Source of the DNA: an uncultured Solirubrobacterales bacterium
GTDB taxonomy: Bacteria; Actinomycetota; Thermoleophilia; Solirubrobacterales; 70-9
Assembly: GCA_963785775.1 (NCBI GenBank)
Contig: CAWAWH010000001.1
Location: forward strand, 1,233-65,232
Length of the DNA: 64,000 nucleotides
Direction of reading: 5' to 3'
In this document: piece by piece, positions 60,357-64,000 of the stretch
Layout: each line of letters begins with the position of its first letter
Numbering within the stretch: the first letter of the stretch is position 1
Position numbers and translations under genes: made by a program
The notes under the pieces: generated by a model
Database searches by the model: none
Told to the model about the DNA's origin: nothing
Seen by the model: the letters and a program-made list of their open reading frames with translations, nothing else

Positions 60357-60788
60357 TCAGCGCCCGCTGGAGCCGAAGCCGCCCTCGCCGCGGGCGGACT
60401 CGGCGAGCGCCGCGACCTCGACCGGCTCGGCGAGCGCGATCGGCGCGATCACCAGCTGGGCGATGCGGTCGCCGGCGGCGACGCGGAAGGTCTCGGCCGG
60501 GTCGGTGTTGAGCAGCAGCACGCGGATTTCGCCGCGGTAGCCGGCGTCGATCAGGCCGGGGCTGTTGACCAGCGCGATCCCGTGCTCGCGGGCCAGGCCC
60601 GAGCGCGGCAGCACCAGCCCCGCGTGCCCCTCGGGAATCTCCACCGCGATCCCGGTCCCCACACCCCACCGCTCCCCCGGCCCTATATGCGCCACCTCGC
60701 ACGCATACAGATCCAACCCAGCATCCCCCTCGTGGGCACGCGTAGGAAGCAGCGCCTCCTCCCTCAGCTTCGCGATGGCCAACTCCAC
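60357..60788 (-). CDS. dut: dUTP diphosphatase
   Basis: Motifs: GDAGLDL, LPRSGLA, GLIDAGYRGEI, RIAQLV, RGEGGFGSSG. Confidence 0.94.
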   Translation of the reverse strand: MELAIAKLREEALLPTRAHEGDAGLDLYACEVAHIGPGERWGVGTGIAVEIPEGHAGLVLPRSGLAREHGIALVNSPGLIDAGYRGEIRVLLLNTDPAETFRVAAGDRIAQLVIAPIALAEPVEVAALAESARGEGGFGSSGR

Positions 60789-60797
60789 CGCGTCACC

Positions 60798-62132
60798 CTA
60801 GACGACAGCGAGATCGTCGAACCGGTGCAGCTCGGCCACGGGCACCTTGGCGTGGACGAGGACGCCGTCCTCGCGCTCGGTCCGCTCGAGATCGCCGGCC
60901 ACCTCGTGCAGCTCGTGCAGGCGCCCGCCCTCGGAGTAGGGGACCAGCAGCTCGACCTCGGCCAGGGTCTCCTCGAAGGCCGCCTCGATCCGCGCCCGCA
61001 GCTCCTCCAGCCCCTCGCCGTCGAGCGCCGAGACCAGCACGGCGCCGGGATGGGAGAGCGTCGCCTCGTGGCGCTCGCCCTCGCTCAGCAGGTCGGCCTT
61101 GTTGAGGACCAGCAGCCGCGGCTTCTCGCCGGCGCCGATCTCCTCCAGCACCTCGTCGACCGCGCCGATGTCGCGCCGGCGCCGCTCCTCCGGCTCGGAG
61201 GCGTCGACGACGTGGACGATCAGGTCTGCCAGCACGGTCTCTTCCAGGGTCGCCTTGAAGGCCTCGACCAGCTGGTGGGGCAGCTTCTCGATGAAGCCGA
61301 CGGTGTCGGTCAGCAGGTAGTCGCGGCCGCAGAGCTCGAGGCTGCGGGTGGTCGGGTCGAGGGTGTGGAAGAGCCTGTCCCCCACCCCGACGTCGGCTCC
61401 GGTCAGCGCGTTCAGCAGTGTCGACTTGCCGGCATTGGTGTAGCCGGCGAGGGCGACCCGCGGCAGCGCCGAGCGGTCGCGGCGGGCGCGCATCACGCCG
61501 CGGTTGCGCTCCAGCCTCGTCAGGCGGCGGCGCAGGGCGGAGATGCGGTCGCGGGCGAGGCGGCGGTCGGTCTCGATCTGGCTCTCGCCCGGGCCCCTGG
61601 TGCCGATGCCGCCGTCCATGCGGCCGGCGCCGAGGCGCTCGAGGTGGGTCCAGAGCCCCCGCATGCGGGCCATGTTGTACTCGAGCTGGGCCAGCTCGAC
61701 CTGGAGCTTGCCCTCGGCCGAGTGGGCGTGGTCGGCGAAGATGTCGAGGATCACCGCGGTGCGGTCGATCACGGGCACACCGAGCGCCGCCTCCAGGTTG
61801 CGCTCCTGGCGCGGCGCCAGCTCGTCGTCGCAGGCGACCAGATTGGCGTCGCAGGCGGCGATCTGCCGCTTCAGCTCGTCGAGGCGGCCGCGCCCGAAGT
61901 AGCGGTCGGGGTCGGGTTGCGGGCGCTGCTGGGTCGCCTCGCCGGCGGTGGCGACGCCGGCGGTGCGCAGCAGCTCCTTCAGCTCCGCCAGCGGCTCGCC
62001 CGGCTCGTGCCCGTCGACGATCCCGATCGCCAGGGCACGTTGGCGAGCCCGGGGGTTCGAGACGCCGGCGCCGTTGGCGCCGTTCGCGCTCTGCCGTGTC
62101 TGCGCGTTGCGGCCGTTTCTCGAACGTTGCAC
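60798..62132 (-). CDS. hflX: GTPase HflX
   Basis: HflX N-domain (DRTAVILDIFADHAHSAEGKLQVELAQL) and G domain (GYTNAGKSTLLNALT, DTVGF, NKAD). Confidence 0.93.
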   Translation of the reverse strand: MQRSRNGRNAQTRQSANGANGAGVSNPRARQRALAIGIVDGHEPGEPLAELKELLRTAGVATAGEATQQRPQPDPDRYFGRGRLDELKRQIAACDANLVACDDELAPRQERNLEAALGVPVIDRTAVILDIFADHAHSAEGKLQVELAQLEYNMARMRGLWTHLERLGAGRMDGGIGTRGPGESQIETDRRLARDRISALRRRLTRLERNRGVMRARRDRSALPRVALAGYTNAGKSTLLNALTGADVGVGDRLFHTLDPTTRSLELCGRDYLLTDTVGFIEKLPHQLVEAFKATLEETVLADLIVHVVDASEPEERRRRDIGAVDEVLEEIGAGEKPRLLVLNKADLLSEGERHEATLSHPGAVLVSALDGEGLEELRARIEAAFEETLAEVELLVPYSEGGRLHELHEVAGDLERTEREDGVLVHAKVPVAELHRFDDLAVV

Positions 62133-62140
62133 TCAAGGGG

Positions 62141-62146
62141 ATAGTA
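62141..62146 (-). promoter_or_regulatory. -10 box TACTAT, 8 nt upstream of the hflX GTG (leaderless)
   Basis: The plus-strand sequence is atagta. The intergenic region to the divergent gene is 46 bp. Confidence 0.4.
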
Positions 62147-62165
62147 GGCAACGGGCCGGGCCGGA

Positions 62166-62171
62166 TAGGCT
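62166..62171 (+). promoter_or_regulatory. -10 box TAGGCT, 7 nt upstream of GTG 62179 (leaderless)
   Basis: GGATAGGCT with a 7-nt spacer. Confidence 0.45.
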
Positions 62172-62178
62172 TTCGCGC

Positions 62179-63174
62179 GTGAAGGTCTTCGTCACCGGCG
62201 GCACCGGCTTCATCGGCGGCGAGGTCGTGCGCCAGCTGCGCCGGCGCGGCGACGAGGTCGTCTGCCTGGTCCGCAACCCGGAGAAGGGCAAGGCGGTCGC
62301 CGAGCTCGGCTGCGAGCTGGTCGCCGGCGACCTCGGCGACGGGGCGGCGATCGGCGCCGGCATGGAGGGCTGCGACGCCGTGATCCATGCGGCGGCGATG
62401 TATGAGGTTGGCATCCCCGCCAAGCAGCGCCCCGCGATGTGGGAGGCGAACGTAGCCGGCACCGAGCGGGCGATGAAGGCCGCGCTCGAGGCCAAGGTCC
62501 CGCGTGTCGTCTACGTCTCCACCGTCGGCGCCTTCGGCAACACCCACGAGCAGGTCGTCGACGAGTCCTACCGGCATCCCGGCAAGGAGTACACCTCTTA
62601 CTACGAGGAGACCAAGCTCGAGGCCCACAGGCTCGTCGAGCGGATGATCGCCGAGGAGGACCTGCCGGCGATCATCGTCCAGCCGGGCGGCGTCTACGGC
62701 CCCGGCGACACCTCGCAGGTCGCCGACCTGCTGGAGCAGTTCTTCGCCGGCAGGCTGCCGCTACTGCCGTTCCCGGAGCTGGGCATCTGCATGACCCATG
62801 TCGTGGACATCGCCGGCGGGATTCTGCTGGCGCTAGACGAGGGCAGGCTCGGTGAGGACTACGTGATCAGCGGCCCGGTGACGACGATGCGCGAGGCGAT
62901 CGAGACGGTCGCCAGGGTCAGCGGCCGCAAGCCGCCGAAGCGGGCGCTGCCGACCGGGCTGATTAAGGCGATGATCCCGATCGGACCGCTGGTCGGCAAG
63001 ATGATGGGACAGCCGCCGAACCTGCGCGAGCTGATCTCCTCCGCCGACGGCGTCACCTTCTGGGCCAGCTACGAGAAGGCGGGGCGCGAGCTCGGCTACG
63101 CCCCGCGCGGGTTGGAGGAGGGATTGCGGCAGACACTGGAAGCGGACGATCGCTTCCCCTCTCCAGTTGCTTGA
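62179..63174 (+). CDS. NAD-dependent epimerase/dehydratase (extended SDR)
   Basis: Motifs: VFVTGGTGFIGG and YYEETK (YxxxK). Confidence 0.88.
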   Translation: MKVFVTGGTGFIGGEVVRQLRRRGDEVVCLVRNPEKGKAVAELGCELVAGDLGDGAAIGAGMEGCDAVIHAAAMYEVGIPAKQRPAMWEANVAGTERAMKAALEAKVPRVVYVSTVGAFGNTHEQVVDESYRHPGKEYTSYYEETKLEAHRLVERMIAEEDLPAIIVQPGGVYGPGDTSQVADLLEQFFAGRLPLLPFPELGICMTHVVDIAGGILLALDEGRLGEDYVISGPVTTMREAIETVARVSGRKPPKRALPTGLIKAMIPIGPLVGKMMGQPPNLRELISSADGVTFWASYEKAGRELGYAPRGLEEGLRQTLEADDRFPSPVA

Positions 63175-63195
63175 GGGAGCCGGCGATGCTCCCAA

Positions 63196-63201
63196 TAGGC
63201 T
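63196..63201 (+). promoter_or_regulatory. -10 box TAGGCT, 7 nt upstream of ATG 63209 (leaderless)
   Basis: CAATAGGCT with a 7-nt spacer. Confidence 0.45.
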
Positions 63202-63208
63202 GCGAGCT

Positions 63209-64000
63209 ATGCGTGTCATAGATGTAATGCACCTTGGGCGGCCGCACGTGATCGGCTGCTGGGAGGTCGATGGTGCTCTGGTCGATCCGGGGCCCGAGTC
63301 CTCGCTGCCAACGCTGCTTGAGGCCCTCGGCGACGAGCGGCCGCGGGCGGTGCTGCTGACCCACATCCACCTCGACCACGCGGCGGCGACCGGGGCGCTG
63401 GTGCGTCGCTGGCCGGACCTCGAGGTCTACGTCCACGAGCGCGGCGCCCCTCACCTGATCGATCCCTCGAAGCTGCTGGCCAGTGCCGAGCGCCTATACG
63501 GCGACCAGATGCAGCGGCTCTGGGGTGAGATCGTGCCCGTCCCCGAGGCCAACGTGAGGGCGCTGTCCGGCGGCGAGTCGGTGCTGGGGATGCGCGTCGC
63601 CTACACCCCCGGCCACGCCTCCCACCACGTCTGCTACCTGCACGAGGAGAGCGGCACCGCCTTCGTCGGCGACGTCGCCGCCGTCCGCATCCTCCCCTCC
63701 AACCTCATCTTGCCGCCCACGCCCCCTCCGGACATCGATATCGAGGCCTGGGAAGACTCGATCAGGATCGTCGAGACCTGGAAACCCGAGCGGCTGGCGC
63801 TCACCCACTTCGGCGCAGTCGATGACCCCCTCCCCCATCTGGCGCAGGTGCGAGAGCGGCTACGAGAGGAGGCCGCCCTTGCCCACGGCCTCTCCGAGGC
63901 CGATTACGAGCGACGCCACCGCGAGCGGGTGACGGCAAGCGCCGACCCAGAACGTAGCGGAGCAACTGCTACAGGCCCTACCGCCCCAGTACCAATGGCG
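63209..64000 (+). CDS. MBL-fold metallo-hydrolase (3' end outside window)
   Basis: My own translation gives MRVIDVMHLGRPHVIGCWEV...LLTHIHLDHAAATG (HxHxDH)...TPGHASHH...LTHFG. The ORF runs off the window edge, so it is absent from the ORF track. Confidence 0.8.
   Translation, partial: MRVIDVMHLGRPHVIGCWEVDGALVDPGPESSLPTLLEALGDERPRAVLLTHIHLDHAAATGALVRRWPDLEVYVHERGAPHLIDPSKLLASAERLYGDQMQRLWGEIVPVPEANVRALSGGESVLGMRVAYTPGHASHHVCYLHEESGTAFVGDVAAVRILPSNLILPPTPPPDIDIEAWEDSIRIVETWKPERLALTHFGAVDDPLPHLAQVRERLREEAALAHGLSEADYERRHRERVTASADPERSGATATGPTAPVPMA

Overview
This is a very GC-rich (about 70% by eye, not computed) core-chromosome segment of a Gram-positive, actinobacterium-like organism. The rrn operon has no spacer tRNAs and the gene order is typical of Actinomycetota. 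A deep lineage such as Thermoleophilia or Rubrobacteria is possible but cannot be verified here.

Content from left to right:
- 3' end of tyrS, then a complete 16S-23S-5S operon with recognisable processing stems and a terminator.
- An alpha/beta hydrolase, murA, the histidine genes hisZ-G-D-B-H-A and hisF, and a polysaccharide deacetylase.
- cca and the division-associated string yggS-sepF-proC-yggT-lspA-rluD.
- rpsB-tsf-pyrH-frr-uppS-cdsA-dxr-rseP, then two inverted paralogous secreted lamin-tail-domain proteins, then ispG-proS.
- A CDP-alcohol phosphatidyltransferase, an RsiG-like small coiled-coil protein, FHA and MerR regulators, and an SRPBCC protein plus AGPS-like FAD oxidase.
- An HTH-TM-RskA membrane protein, a PaaI thioesterase, aceB, nadE and a secreted HExxH protease.
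- WS/DGAT, dinB, a small orphan ORF, ccdA and a FUSC-type membrane protein.
- An SCPx-type thiolase, an SDR, a methyltransferase and a divergent PAP2/DAGK pair.
- The bcp-hydrolase-VKOR-DsbA redox operon and a cyclophilin.
- A methyltransferase-lipid kinase-murT-methyltransferase-gatD string, dut, hflX, an NAD-epimerase and a 3'-truncated MBL hydrolase.

I saw no tRNA, CRISPR array, transposase, integrase or phage gene.

Two global properties stand out:
- About 40 frame-breaking single-base indels (hand count) hit 16 mostly essential genes between 6.6 and 45.2 kb, while 45.7-64 kb is clean. These are most likely consensus errors.
- About 20 genes carry a TANNNT box, usually (A/C)TAGGCT or TAGGGT, 6-9 nt upstream of the start codon, which implies leaderless mRNAs.

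The best candidates for new biology are the methyltransferase embedded in murT-gatD, the RsiG-like c-di-GMP-motif protein heading an FHA-MerR operon, the sigma-region-4-like HTH fused to an RskA ectodomain, and the lamin-tail-domain paralogs splitting rseP-ispG.
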